A program made the translations under genes and the position numbers. 37,079 nt of DNA, taken from a virus. The stretch lies in the IMG/VR virus record IMGVR_UViG_3300009960_000010, positions 1 through 37,079 of that record; one strand, written 5' to 3'. Below the pieces are notes generated by a model. That model saw only the letters and a list, made by a program, of their open reading frames with translations, was not told the origin of the DNA and made no database searches. Shown here piece by piece: positions 14,477 to 22,830 of this stretch (the stretch's first letter is position 1; every line of letters begins with the position of its first letter).

Positions 14477-14863
14477 ATGACAGGAAGACCAAGCACGATG
14501 ACAGACGCAGTTCTAAAGAAGCTGAAACAAGCTTTTAGTATAGGTTGTTCGGACAGGGAAGCCTGTGCATATGTGGGTATTTCTCGTTCGACGCTCTATA
14601 ATTACCAGAATGAAAACCCAGAGTTCTTGGAAGAGAAAGCACTGCTGAAAGAGAAACCCGTCTTACTGGCGCGCCAAGTCGTGGTGAAAGCACTGGAGAA
14701 AGAGGACGTGAAGACAGCTCAGTGGTTGCTAGAGAGGAAAAAGCGTAAAGAGTTTGCCACACGTACAGAATCCGAAATCAGGCAAGTGGAAGCCTTTGAC
14801 AATCTCACAGACGACGAACTGAAGAACATTGCTGACGGTGCAAGTGCTGCTGAAGAAGAGTAG
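14477..14863 (+). CDS. terS: Terminase small subunit (HTH)
   Basis: 128 aa, directly upstream of terL. N-terminal GRPS...LKQAFSIGCSDREACAYVGISRSTLYNY is an HTH typical of small terminases. Confidence 0.7.
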   Translation: MTGRPSTMTDAVLKKLKQAFSIGCSDREACAYVGISRSTLYNYQNENPEFLEEKALLKEKPVLLARQVVVKALEKEDVKTAQWLLERKKRKEFATRTESEIRQVEAFDNLTDDELKNIADGASAAEEE

Positions 14864-14871
14864 GGGGTCTT

Positions 14872-16263
14872 ATGCCTCCCAAGATGACCTCAAGACAGGC
14901 AAAAGCCAAGATAGAACTTGTCCGCCGACGCTGTAAGAAAAAGGGTGGGTTTAAGTTCTTTATTAACCATGTCTTCAAAGCGAGTTTTGAGCATTTCATC
15001 ATAGGGGACTACATTAGTTTTGTGGCAGACAGACTGGAAGAGAATGACTGGACAATGGACGTTACTGCCCGAGACCACTTCAAATCCACTCGACTGTACG
15101 CAGAAATCATGTACGACATATTCACAGCAGAGAAAGATATCGAGGGACACTACTTCTCATATCAGGCAGGAATGAGTTCGTACCACCTAGCCAAAGTCAA
15201 GAGAATGATAGAAATCAATCCGTTCTTTATCTTTTGTACTAACCTAAATACACAATCAGCCTCTACCGTGGACTTCCACAATGGAAAAGCTAGAGTATGG
15301 TTTGTACCAGAGGGACTACTATCGTTTAAGCGTGGTATTCACGCCGAAAGAATATACATTGACGACCCCCTAAAAGACCCAGAGAACAAGCTAGCTCCTA
15401 CAGTCATTCACAAGATAAACAACGTGATAAAGCTGGAAATCTACGCCATGGTGAAGAAGAACGGGAAATGTAGGGTAGTGGGAACACCTCAAACGTATTC
15501 AGACTTCTTCTTTGATGAGGGACTGAGAGAGAGATTTGACGTGGTTATCCTCGACGCGATGAAAGACGAAGCGAACAGAATCGCCCTATTCCCCGAGTGG
15601 AAGTCCTTTGATGAATTAGAAGCTATACGAAAAACCATCGGTGAGAAGTCATTTAACCAGGAATATCGAGCCAAGCCATCATACTCTGAGGACAGCTATA
15701 TAAGCCGCAAAGAACTCATGACGTGTATTATCCCATCTTTAATCAATCAAGCGTCTTACAGCGGCTCTCACGACGTTGTAGCGGGATATGACATAGGAAA
15801 GCACACACACCCAGCACACTTTTCTATATTCGAGATGTGGGAAGACAAAGACGGAACGCACTACAAACAATTATTAAGCAAATGGCTAGACGGTTGGGAC
15901 TATAAGAAACAGCTGGAGTATCTCACCCACGCCATCGAGCTATACAAGATAGACGTACTACGCTATGATGACACCAGAGGAGAGTTTGAGGGCTTCAAAG
16001 AGCAAGGCTTAATTCCAAGAGAAATGAAACCCGTACACTTTAGTATGAAGTCCAAGAACGCAATGGCAGTATCAATGCAGACAGCAGTTTTAAGTGGTAA
16101 CCTTGAACTTATTAACGATACAAGACAGACCGACCAAATCCTAGCCGTAACCTCTGACCTACAAGCCTTTGAATCAGTAGAGGGACACGGAGACAGTTTC
16201 TGGAGTAATGCACTAGCACTATGGCAGGAGAAACAAAAGGAATACCAGATAAGAGTTTTGTGA
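14872..16263 (+). CDS. terL: Terminase large subunit
   Basis: 463 aa. Deviant Walker A ARDHFKST, Walker B-like RIYIDDP, VVGTPQT. Nuclease-half acidic residues in AGYDIGK, RYDDTRGE and GHGDSFWS. Confidence 0.9.
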   Translation: MPPKMTSRQAKAKIELVRRRCKKKGGFKFFINHVFKASFEHFIIGDYISFVADRLEENDWTMDVTARDHFKSTRLYAEIMYDIFTAEKDIEGHYFSYQAGMSSYHLAKVKRMIEINPFFIFCTNLNTQSASTVDFHNGKARVWFVPEGLLSFKRGIHAERIYIDDPLKDPENKLAPTVIHKINNVIKLEIYAMVKKNGKCRVVGTPQTYSDFFFDEGLRERFDVVILDAMKDEANRIALFPEWKSFDELEAIRKTIGEKSFNQEYRAKPSYSEDSYISRKELMTCIIPSLINQASYSGSHDVVAGYDIGKHTHPAHFSIFEMWEDKDGTHYKQLLSKWLDGWDYKKQLEYLTHAIELYKIDVLRYDDTRGEFEGFKEQGLIPREMKPVHFSMKSKNAMAVSMQTAVLSGNLELINDTRQTDQILAVTSDLQAFESVEGHGDSFWSNALALWQEKQKEYQIRVL

Positions 16264-16317
16264 TTTATAATAAGAGATGAAAGAGAAAATAAGGGAAAAT
16301 AAAAAGGGAAACGAACG

Positions 16318-18441
16318 ATGAGAATGCGAAGAGTAATCAAGAACTTAATAGGGGGGACAGCGTTCCAAGACGTACCTCATATTGACCTGGACAAATACTT
16401 GACTGGAGACTTCACCAGTGGAAGCTCACGTATGAACAACTACTCATCAAAACGCTCACAGCTCAGAGCTAACATAGGTTGGGTGTTTGCTGCTAACAGT
16501 GCGATATCAGAAGAGTGTGCCTCAGTGGAATTAAAACTATACAGGAAGAGAAAGAACGGCGACCGTGAGGAGGTCTTCGACCACGAAATCCTAGACTTAC
16601 TGAGGAGACCGAACGGCTGGCTCAGAGGCTCACAGTTCTGGAGCTTGTATTACCAGTACATGAACCTCACAGGTGAAGCCTACATTCTGAAAATGCGGAA
16701 CGGGGAAATCATGGACGCTGCCTCTGACCAACTGCCACATGCTCTACACGTCGTACCGTCTCACCTAGCCAACCTGAAACTGGGAGACAGCCGAGAAGAC
16801 AGTGTAGTGAACTTCCTGGGACATGATATCCCTCTTGATTGCTTTATCCGAGACATTAACCCTGACCCAGACAATCCATATCAAGGACGCAGTATCATCA
16901 AAGCCTCTGCTATGGCGTTAGACACTGATTATCGTATGCGAGAGTGGAACAGAGGACTATTCGCTAACGCAGCACGACCATCAGCCGTGTTGGAAGTACC
17001 AGACGTCATGACCGATGAAGTCTACCAAAGATTAAGTAAACAGATGGACGAGGCTCATGCGGGCAGTGATAACGCCTTTAAGCAGATTATCCTGGAGGGC
17101 GGAGCTAAGCTAGTGCCGTACTCTCTGAACCAGCAAGACCTGGACTTCCTAGAATCACGGAAGTTCTCCAAAGATGAGATATTCGCTATGTTCAGAACCT
17201 CGCCGTCTATCGTAGGAATGACAGAGGACGTGAACCGAGCCAATGCCGAAGCTCAAGACTACACTATGGCAAAGAGAGTGGTGCTGCCACGGGTGAGAGG
17301 GCTGAAAGAGCTACTGAACGTTGAACTGGTGGAGAAATACGACCCAGCACTAGAGATTGACTTTGTGAACCCAATCCCAGAGGACAAGGCTCAGGAGTTA
17401 GCAGAGGACACTCAGGGAGTGAACAAGTGGCTAACAATCGATGAGGTGAGAGAGAAGCGAGGACTGCCGCCGTTGGAGAACGGAGCAGGAGCGGTTCTGT
17501 ACCGACCACTGAATGAAGTGCCGATTGACATGTTGACCGACATAGTGAAACCAGACACGGAAGCCCCACAAGAACCGACAGAGGAAGAGGAGGGTGAGAA
17601 GAGCCAAAAAAAAGATGAAGACGACCTGGAAGCAATAGGTGAGGCGAAATCTGTCTTGTACACACGACAGGCGAGACAGTACGAGAACCTCATTCTAAGA
17701 GCCTCTAAGGCGATGTTTAAGGCACAGAGGGAAGATGTGTTGAAATGGTTGCAGAACGCCCTCAAAACGTATCCTACAGCCTCACAGAAGCAAAAAAAGG
17801 AAATGCTGGACGACATGGCAGACTGGGAGAAGTACCAATCAGAGTTTGCAGCGACAATGAAACGTATCTACGCCATGATAATCGAAGAGACGGGGAAAGA
17901 CGCACTGGAAGCACTCAATCTGAACGATGATATCCTATTCGACCCAATCAGCCTCAGGATACAGAGGTTCTTGGAGACCGAGCCATTGAAAGCCTCCACC
18001 ACCATCACTGAAGAGACTAAGAAGCAAATCCGAGCTGCCCTATCTCAGGGAATGATGAACGGGGAAAGCCTCCATGAATTAACAGAAAAAGTAAATCAGA
18101 TATTCGGATACGCCGCACAAGACAGAGCTTACAAGATAGCAGAGAGTGAAACCACCAGAAGCCAGGGCTTTGCCGATGTGGAAGCGTGGAAGCAGTCGGG
18201 ACAAGTAACCGCCAAATGCTGGTACACAAGTAAAGACGAACGAGTGTGTAAGTTCTGCGGGGCTATGCACAAAAGAACAGTCTCAATTGACGACAACTTC
18301 TACAATAAAGGTGACGCGATGATAGTACCGAGAGAGGGAAAGACCGACGCAGTGCTGAACTTTAACTATGAGGATATCGCCCACCAACCGCTACACGTGA
18401 GATGTCGCTGTGTGCTACTACCCGTCATGAAAGATTTGTAG
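16318..18441 (+). CDS. Portal protein fused to a MuF / SPP1 gp7-like head morphogenesis domain
   Basis: 707 aa. The portal-like N-terminal ~400 aa includes YQYMNLTGEAYIL and FRTSPSIVGM. An acidic linker PQEPTEEEEGEKSQKKDEDD follows. The C-terminus has ESETTRSQGF..CKFCGAMH..HVRCRC, typical of the Phage_Mu_F family. Confidence 0.85.
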   Translation: MRMRRVIKNLIGGTAFQDVPHIDLDKYLTGDFTSGSSRMNNYSSKRSQLRANIGWVFAANSAISEECASVELKLYRKRKNGDREEVFDHEILDLLRRPNGWLRGSQFWSLYYQYMNLTGEAYILKMRNGEIMDAASDQLPHALHVVPSHLANLKLGDSREDSVVNFLGHDIPLDCFIRDINPDPDNPYQGRSIIKASAMALDTDYRMREWNRGLFANAARPSAVLEVPDVMTDEVYQRLSKQMDEAHAGSDNAFKQIILEGGAKLVPYSLNQQDLDFLESRKFSKDEIFAMFRTSPSIVGMTEDVNRANAEAQDYTMAKRVVLPRVRGLKELLNVELVEKYDPALEIDFVNPIPEDKAQELAEDTQGVNKWLTIDEVREKRGLPPLENGAGAVLYRPLNEVPIDMLTDIVKPDTEAPQEPTEEEEGEKSQKKDEDDLEAIGEAKSVLYTRQARQYENLILRASKAMFKAQREDVLKWLQNALKTYPTASQKQKKEMLDDMADWEKYQSEFAATMKRIYAMIIEETGKDALEALNLNDDILFDPISLRIQRFLETEPLKASTTITEETKKQIRAALSQGMMNGESLHELTEKVNQIFGYAAQDRAYKIAESETTRSQGFADVEAWKQSGQVTAKCWYTSKDERVCKFCGAMHKRTVSIDDNFYNKGDAMIVPREGKTDAVLNFNYEDIAHQPLHVRCRCVLLPVMKDL

Positions 18442-18487
18442 TAAGATAAACGTAAGAAAAGGAACAAAAAGAGAACGGGAAACAAAT

Positions 18488-19411
18488 ATGAGAAAAATCA
18501 CCAAACTATTCACCTCTAAATCAGTCTCCGTGAACGAGAAAGAGCGAACGGCTCAGTTCATCATCTCTGACGACCAGCCTGACCGTATGGACGAGATAGT
18601 CGAGCAGTCATGGGACACCGAGAACTACAAGAACAATCCTATCGTTCTGTGGGGACACAACCCATCAGAGCCAGAGAACGTCTTAGGAACGTCATTAGGA
18701 TTAGAGACAGAGAAAGACAAGGACGTAACCCGCACCAAGTCTACCGTGAAGTTCAGTGAAGAGGGGTTGAACCCGAAAGCCGACATGGTGTTTAACCAGA
18801 TTAAAGCGGGCATTCTCCGTACCGTCTCTGTAGGCTTTATCCCTAAAACCTTCAAGACGAACGAAGACAAGAAGGATATCCTTGCAGACAACGAACTCTT
18901 GGAGTTCTCCATCGTGCCTATTCCTGCCAACCCGCGTGCAGTGATGTTAGCGTACAAAGACGGGACAATCTCACGGAAAGACGCACGGTTCATGATTGAT
19001 TCTATGAACAAAGAGGCGCAACTGTTGCAAGAAGAGCTAGATAGTGATAAAAATAAAGAAGAAGAACAAGAAAGGAACACAAAAACAATGAGCGACGAAG
19101 ACATTCAGAAAGTTGCAGAGGCAATAAGCACAGCATTCAATGAGGCGTTTGCCCCAGTTATTGAAAAACTAGACGCAATCGCTGACAAGGTCGGTGCAGA
19201 AGACAACGAAGACACTGACAATGAAGGTGAGAGTAACGACAATCAAGAAGGCGAAAAGCAGGCAAAATCAGAAGCTGAAACAGCTAAAGAGGGCGAAGAC
19301 GACCACTCTGGTGCTGATGAGGTAGATGAGGACACCGAGCTAACTCCAGAGCAAGAGGAAGAGTTTGCGAAAGAGTTTGAAAAAGCCCTCAAAGAAGAAC
19401 AAGAAAAATAG
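18488..19411 (+). CDS. HK97-family prohead serine protease with long acidic C-terminal extension
   Basis: FIISDDQPDRMDEIV, PIVLWGHN, VSVGF and EFSIVPIPANPRA fit the S78 prohead protease pattern. The last ~130 aa are E/D/K-rich. Confidence 0.85.
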   Translation: MRKITKLFTSKSVSVNEKERTAQFIISDDQPDRMDEIVEQSWDTENYKNNPIVLWGHNPSEPENVLGTSLGLETEKDKDVTRTKSTVKFSEEGLNPKADMVFNQIKAGILRTVSVGFIPKTFKTNEDKKDILADNELLEFSIVPIPANPRAVMLAYKDGTISRKDARFMIDSMNKEAQLLQEELDSDKNKEEEQERNTKTMSDEDIQKVAEAISTAFNEAFAPVIEKLDAIADKVGAEDNEDTDNEGESNDNQEGEKQAKSEAETAKEGEDDHSGADEVDEDTELTPEQEEEFAKEFEKALKEEQEK

Positions 19412-19428
19412 AAAGAAAGGAAAAGACA

Positions 19429-20514
19429 ATGGGAATGACTATTAAAGAGCTGGCAGCCAAGAAAGCTAAAGAAGCAGCTGCTGCCACAGCAAAAAACGCA
19501 GTCGTTGGTAAAGATAACGAGGAAAAGAAAGAAGAAGACCGCGAGAAAGACTTGAACAGCCGTTTCTACAAGGCTTTGGCAAACAAAGACATTGCGGAAC
19601 TGAAAGCTTTGAACGAAGAATTTGAGAAAGACTACAAGGCTAAAGGACAGAGCGTTGGCACTGACGCTGACGGTGGATATCTTGTCCCTACGACTTTGGA
19701 CACGCAAATCCGTGAGAAGCTCCGTGTGTTGAGCCCTATCCGCCAAATCGCGACTGTCTTGTCAAACATGCCAGCAGACCTGACTCTGCCATTGGAAGGC
19801 ACGTTGCCTACGACCTACTGGGTTGGTGAGGGTGTTGCCCCAACGGAGAGCAAGCAGACCTTTGACATTGCTAAGATGAAAGCTCACAAACTGGGTGGTT
19901 TTGGTAAGTTTACCCACGAGAGCTTGGTTGACACAGCTACTACTCCGAGCCTCCAGAGCTTTGTGGCAGACCGTTTCGCACTGAGCTTGTCTATCAATGA
20001 GAACGCAGCTTTCGTTAGTGGTGATGGTACTAACAAACCATTTGGCTTCCGTAGCTCAAAGATTACCCCTGCTGAACTGGCACAGGCGGGCGCGGCACTG
20101 GCTTGGGACGACTTAGTCAAGTTGACCTTGAAAGTGAACGCAGCGTACCGTGCAAACTCAGTCTTCGTGGTAAGTACTAAGGCACTTGGTTTGATTATGA
20201 CCTTGAAAGACAACACAGGTCGCCCAATCTACTTGCCAAGCTTGACCGAGGGTACACCTGCTACGTTGTTAGGTCGTCCAGTGTACGAAGTCTCTGAAAT
20301 CCCAGAGAACTTGGGTACTGGTACTAACGAAACTGAGGTGTGGTTCGGCGACTTCAAGAACTACCTCATCGGCGACCGTGAAGCTACCCGTATCAAGTTT
20401 GGTACGACTGGCACAGACCTTGAGAGCGACAAGATGTCTCTGGTTATCTTCAAGCGAGTGGCTGGTTTACCAATCATGAGCGAAGCCTTTGCTAAGTTGA
20501 CCAAGGTTAAATAG
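19429..20514 (+). CDS. Major capsid protein, HK97 fold
   Basis: 361 aa. Charged N-terminal delta-like region, then the DADGGYLVPT motif characteristic of HK97-family capsid proteins. Follows the protease. Confidence 0.9.
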   Translation: MGMTIKELAAKKAKEAAAATAKNAVVGKDNEEKKEEDREKDLNSRFYKALANKDIAELKALNEEFEKDYKAKGQSVGTDADGGYLVPTTLDTQIREKLRVLSPIRQIATVLSNMPADLTLPLEGTLPTTYWVGEGVAPTESKQTFDIAKMKAHKLGGFGKFTHESLVDTATTPSLQSFVADRFALSLSINENAAFVSGDGTNKPFGFRSSKITPAELAQAGAALAWDDLVKLTLKVNAAYRANSVFVVSTKALGLIMTLKDNTGRPIYLPSLTEGTPATLLGRPVYEVSEIPENLGTGTNETEVWFGDFKNYLIGDREATRIKFGTTGTDLESDKMSLVIFKRVAGLPIMSEAFAKLTKVK

Positions 20515-20546
20515 TAAGTAAGTACTAGGTAAGAGAGGAGAAAGCT

Positions 20547-20711
20547 ATGTTGGTAAAGTTCAAAGCTGATATCTACCCGTACTGTAAAGGCGATGTGGTG
20601 AAGCTGGACGGTCGCGAGAAAGCACGCGTCGATGAAGCAGCTGAAGCACGCGATATCGCTGTACCGTATGTCGAGGTGAAAGCTGAAGAGAAAGCAGCAG
20701 AAAAGAAATAG
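20547..20711 (+). CDS. Small protein downstream of the capsid gene (54 aa), not in the ORF track
   Basis: Hand translation: MLVKFKADIYPYCKGDVVKLDGREKARVDEAAEARDIAVPYVEVKAEEKAAEKK*. GAGAGGAGAAAG RBS. Followed by a terminator. Confidence 0.55.
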   Translation: MLVKFKADIYPYCKGDVVKLDGREKARVDEAAEARDIAVPYVEVKAEEKAAEKK

Positions 20712-20731
20712 TGAGGAAACTCACCGAGCAG

Positions 20732-20758
20732 AAAACTGTCCATTGCGGGCAGTTTTTT
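20732..20758 (+). terminator. Intrinsic terminator after the capsid gene block
   Basis: AAAACTGTCC (20732-20741) pairs with GGGCAGTTTT (20747-20756), with one G-U pair. 5-nt loop, T-run 20753-20758. Confidence 0.75.
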
Positions 20759-20772
20759 GTGTGGGTGGAAAC

Positions 20773-20781
20773 TGCTATAAT
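20773..20781 (+). promoter_or_regulatory. Possible extended -10 promoter element
   Basis: TGCTATAAT (TGnTATAAT) about 40 nt upstream of the connector gene. No good -35. Confidence 0.3.
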
Positions 20782-20818
20782 CAGAGGAAAAGTAACCCAG
20801 GAAAGGTGGTAATGACAT

Positions 20819-21406
20819 ATGGGAGCAATCACGGTAGAGAAGTTAGAGCAAATTACTGGCAAGACATTCTCTGCGGAAGAGAAAAAACGTATGCAGTTGC
20901 ACGTGGAGGCAGTGAATAGGTGGATTGAGGGATATACTGGACGGGTGTTCGGAGACCCAAAGACCTTTGAAGCCGTATTAGACTATGACCCTGTGGTGTT
21001 TTTACCTCATGTGGACATTAAGTCGATAGAGTACGTGGAAGTGCGAGGAACGAAATTAAAAGAGTTTGGCTGGAACTCTCAGGGACGGATTGTGTTGAGC
21101 AGGACAGGAACGTCATTCAAGGGCGACCGTGGCGACTATGACCAGGTGAAAGTGAAATACACGACCCAGTATGACGACGGAGAAGTGCCGATGGACGTGT
21201 TGTTGGCAGCTTCTCAGATGATTGAGGACAACCTGAGCAACAAGAATGGCTCTAAGACCATTTCTAGTGCCTCTACAGGCGGTTATTCCATAACATACGG
21301 TTCGAGTACAGGTGCGACCACAAACGGCGCTCAGAGCGGCTCTGGCGTGGGCGAGCAGGGAAGTGTGGCGATGATATTGAACGCGTATCGATTAAGGAGA
21401 GTGTGA
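20819..21406 (+). CDS. Head-tail connector (gp6-like adaptor) with S/G/T-rich C-terminus
   Basis: The N-terminus EKLEQITGKTFSAEEKKRMQLHVEAVNRWIEGYTGRVF resembles the gp6-like connector family. Position is right after the capsid block. Confidence 0.7.
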   Translation: MGAITVEKLEQITGKTFSAEEKKRMQLHVEAVNRWIEGYTGRVFGDPKTFEAVLDYDPVVFLPHVDIKSIEYVEVRGTKLKEFGWNSQGRIVLSRTGTSFKGDRGDYDQVKVKYTTQYDDGEVPMDVLLAASQMIEDNLSNKNGSKTISSASTGGYSITYGSSTGATTNGAQSGSGVGEQGSVAMILNAYRLRRV

Positions 21407-21723
21407 TGTTGTTGCTGAACCACAGCGCCAAAGTGTTCAGAAAGACACAGGTGGGGACGGGAATATCCAGGAAGTACGGCGATAATCCCGTGAGTGTGAT
21501 TAAATGCCTGGCTCAGCCAATGTCTGACAAAGACGCGGTGGCGAATGGATACGAGATAGGGCAGGCTTATACGGTGTACTGCGACGTGGACGTAGACATG
21601 AAATCAGGCGATAAGTTGGAAGTGATAGGCATGACGATGTACGTGCAGGGTATTAAGCGGTATATCAATCAGCCACCTGTGAGCCATTTAGAGCTTACCT
21701 GTACGTCCGCAGAGGGAAAATGA
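21406..21723 (+). CDS. Head closure / head-tail joining protein
   Basis: About 105 aa. ATG 21406 lies 6 nt after AAGGAG and is preferred over the GTG at 21403. Call rests on size and position. Confidence 0.65.
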   Translation: MLLLNHSAKVFRKTQVGTGISRKYGDNPVSVIKCLAQPMSDKDAVANGYEIGQAYTVYCDVDVDMKSGDKLEVIGMTMYVQGIKRYINQPPVSHLELTCTSAEGK

Positions 21724-21724
21724 T

Positions 21725-22180
21725 ATGCGGGTTAAGATTGACGACAGAGCCTTTCAAACAGCCTTAAAACGCGCCCCAGACACTATTAAGCAGGGAACGC
21801 ACTCAATGTTGGAGCGTGCTGGTATCCAAACCCAGGGGATTATGCGGAGAAGAGTGAATGTAGGCGTTTCGGGAGAACTCAGGAAGTCGATCAGATACAC
21901 GTTCGAGAACTTTTTGACTGTCTCAGTGTATCCAGCAGCAAAACACGCTGCCCCCCATGAATACGGAACGAGACCGCACTGGGTGTCTGTGAAAAGAGGC
22001 ACGCCCTTGTACCAGTGGTCAAGAATGAAGGGTATCAATCCTTATGCAATGCAGAGAGCGATAGCCAAGAGAGGGACGAGACCGCACCCGTATCTCAAGA
22101 GGACGCTGTTGGACGTAGACGGTGAAGTACTAGACGACTTTAACCGTGGAATGAATAGAATTATAGAAAAGATATTGTGA
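21725..22180 (+). CDS. HK97 gp10-family neck/tail-completion protein
   Basis: VGVSGELRKSIRY and PHEYGT motifs resemble the HK97 gp10 family. Confidence 0.75.
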   Translation: MRVKIDDRAFQTALKRAPDTIKQGTHSMLERAGIQTQGIMRRRVNVGVSGELRKSIRYTFENFLTVSVYPAAKHAAPHEYGTRPHWVSVKRGTPLYQWSRMKGINPYAMQRAIAKRGTRPHPYLKRTLLDVDGEVLDDFNRGMNRIIEKIL

Positions 22181-22190
22181 AAGGAGAAAT

Positions 22191-22634
22191 ATGCAGTTCA
22201 TAACCAAAGATATCAAGAACTCACTGGTGCGAGCTTTGAAAACTCTCAAGCCTACAGAGAACGGAACGGAAATCCAGGAGGTAGCAGGCTCAAGCTTCCA
22301 GGTGTTCGAGGCTTACCCCTCAATCCGTGTCTTGCCAGATGATGTAGACAATGAGACCGAGACCAACCGTAGCGACGAGAGAATGGCGAAGTTCACCCTC
22401 TTGACCCACATAGAAATGACCGAGACCCCAGAGAGCGAGGAAGAGGCGTACAACACCATGTATGATTTACAAGACCTCATCATGGACAAACTCCAAGAGT
22501 ACGACTGGGAAAACCTGGTGAACGTCTTACAAACTCAAGTAACGTACGGTGGCTACGAGTTACTAGAGATGAACAACGGTATCAATCTGATATTTAGAAT
22601 GACTGTAACTGTTAAATATTCCCGCAAAGTGTAG
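22191..22634 (+). CDS. Tail terminator / tail completion protein
   Basis: 147 aa, AAAGGAG RBS, positioned between the gp10-like and major tail genes. Confidence 0.6.
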   Translation: MQFITKDIKNSLVRALKTLKPTENGTEIQEVAGSSFQVFEAYPSIRVLPDDVDNETETNRSDERMAKFTLLTHIEMTETPESEEEAYNTMYDLQDLIMDKLQEYDWENLVNVLQTQVTYGGYELLEMNNGINLIFRMTVTVKYSRKV

Positions 22635-22665
22635 TAAGATAAGGATAAGAAAAGGAAAGAGAAAC

Positions 22666-22830
22666 ATGGAAGAAAAGAAAAAGAAAGACATTCCACAAGA
22701 AGTAATCACACCTAAACGGAAATACTTTATGCCAGAGACTGGCAAAGTGGTAGAAGCAGAAAACTTAGAACAAGCAATCAATCAAAAAGACAATCAAGAA
22801 GATAAAAACGAACAAAAGGAGAACAAGTAA
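22666..22830 (+). CDS. Small charged protein (54 aa), not in the ORF track
   Basis: Hand translation: MEEKKKKDIPQEVITPKRKYFMPETGKVVEAENLEQAINQKDNQEDKNEQKENK*. TAATG junction with the major tail gene. Confidence 0.5.
   Translation: MEEKKKKDIPQEVITPKRKYFMPETGKVVEAENLEQAINQKDNQEDKNEQKENK

Noticed and set aside
17264-17816. Two overlapping ~133-aa minus-strand ORFs inside the portal-MuF gene
   Set aside because: They are antisense shadows of the acidic-linker region, with no start context. They also overlap each other in different frames.
19243-19746. 167-aa minus-strand ORF spanning the protease/capsid junction
   Set aside because: It is antisense to two well-supported + strand genes and crosses their intergenic RBS. 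Its composition is dominated by S/F/C from reading GAA/GAG-rich sequence backwards.
20773-20781. A strong late promoter after the capsid terminator
   Set aside because: Only an extended -10-like TGCTATAAT is present, without a -35 or the TAAGCACG block. It is kept as a low-confidence feature and not promoted to a finding.
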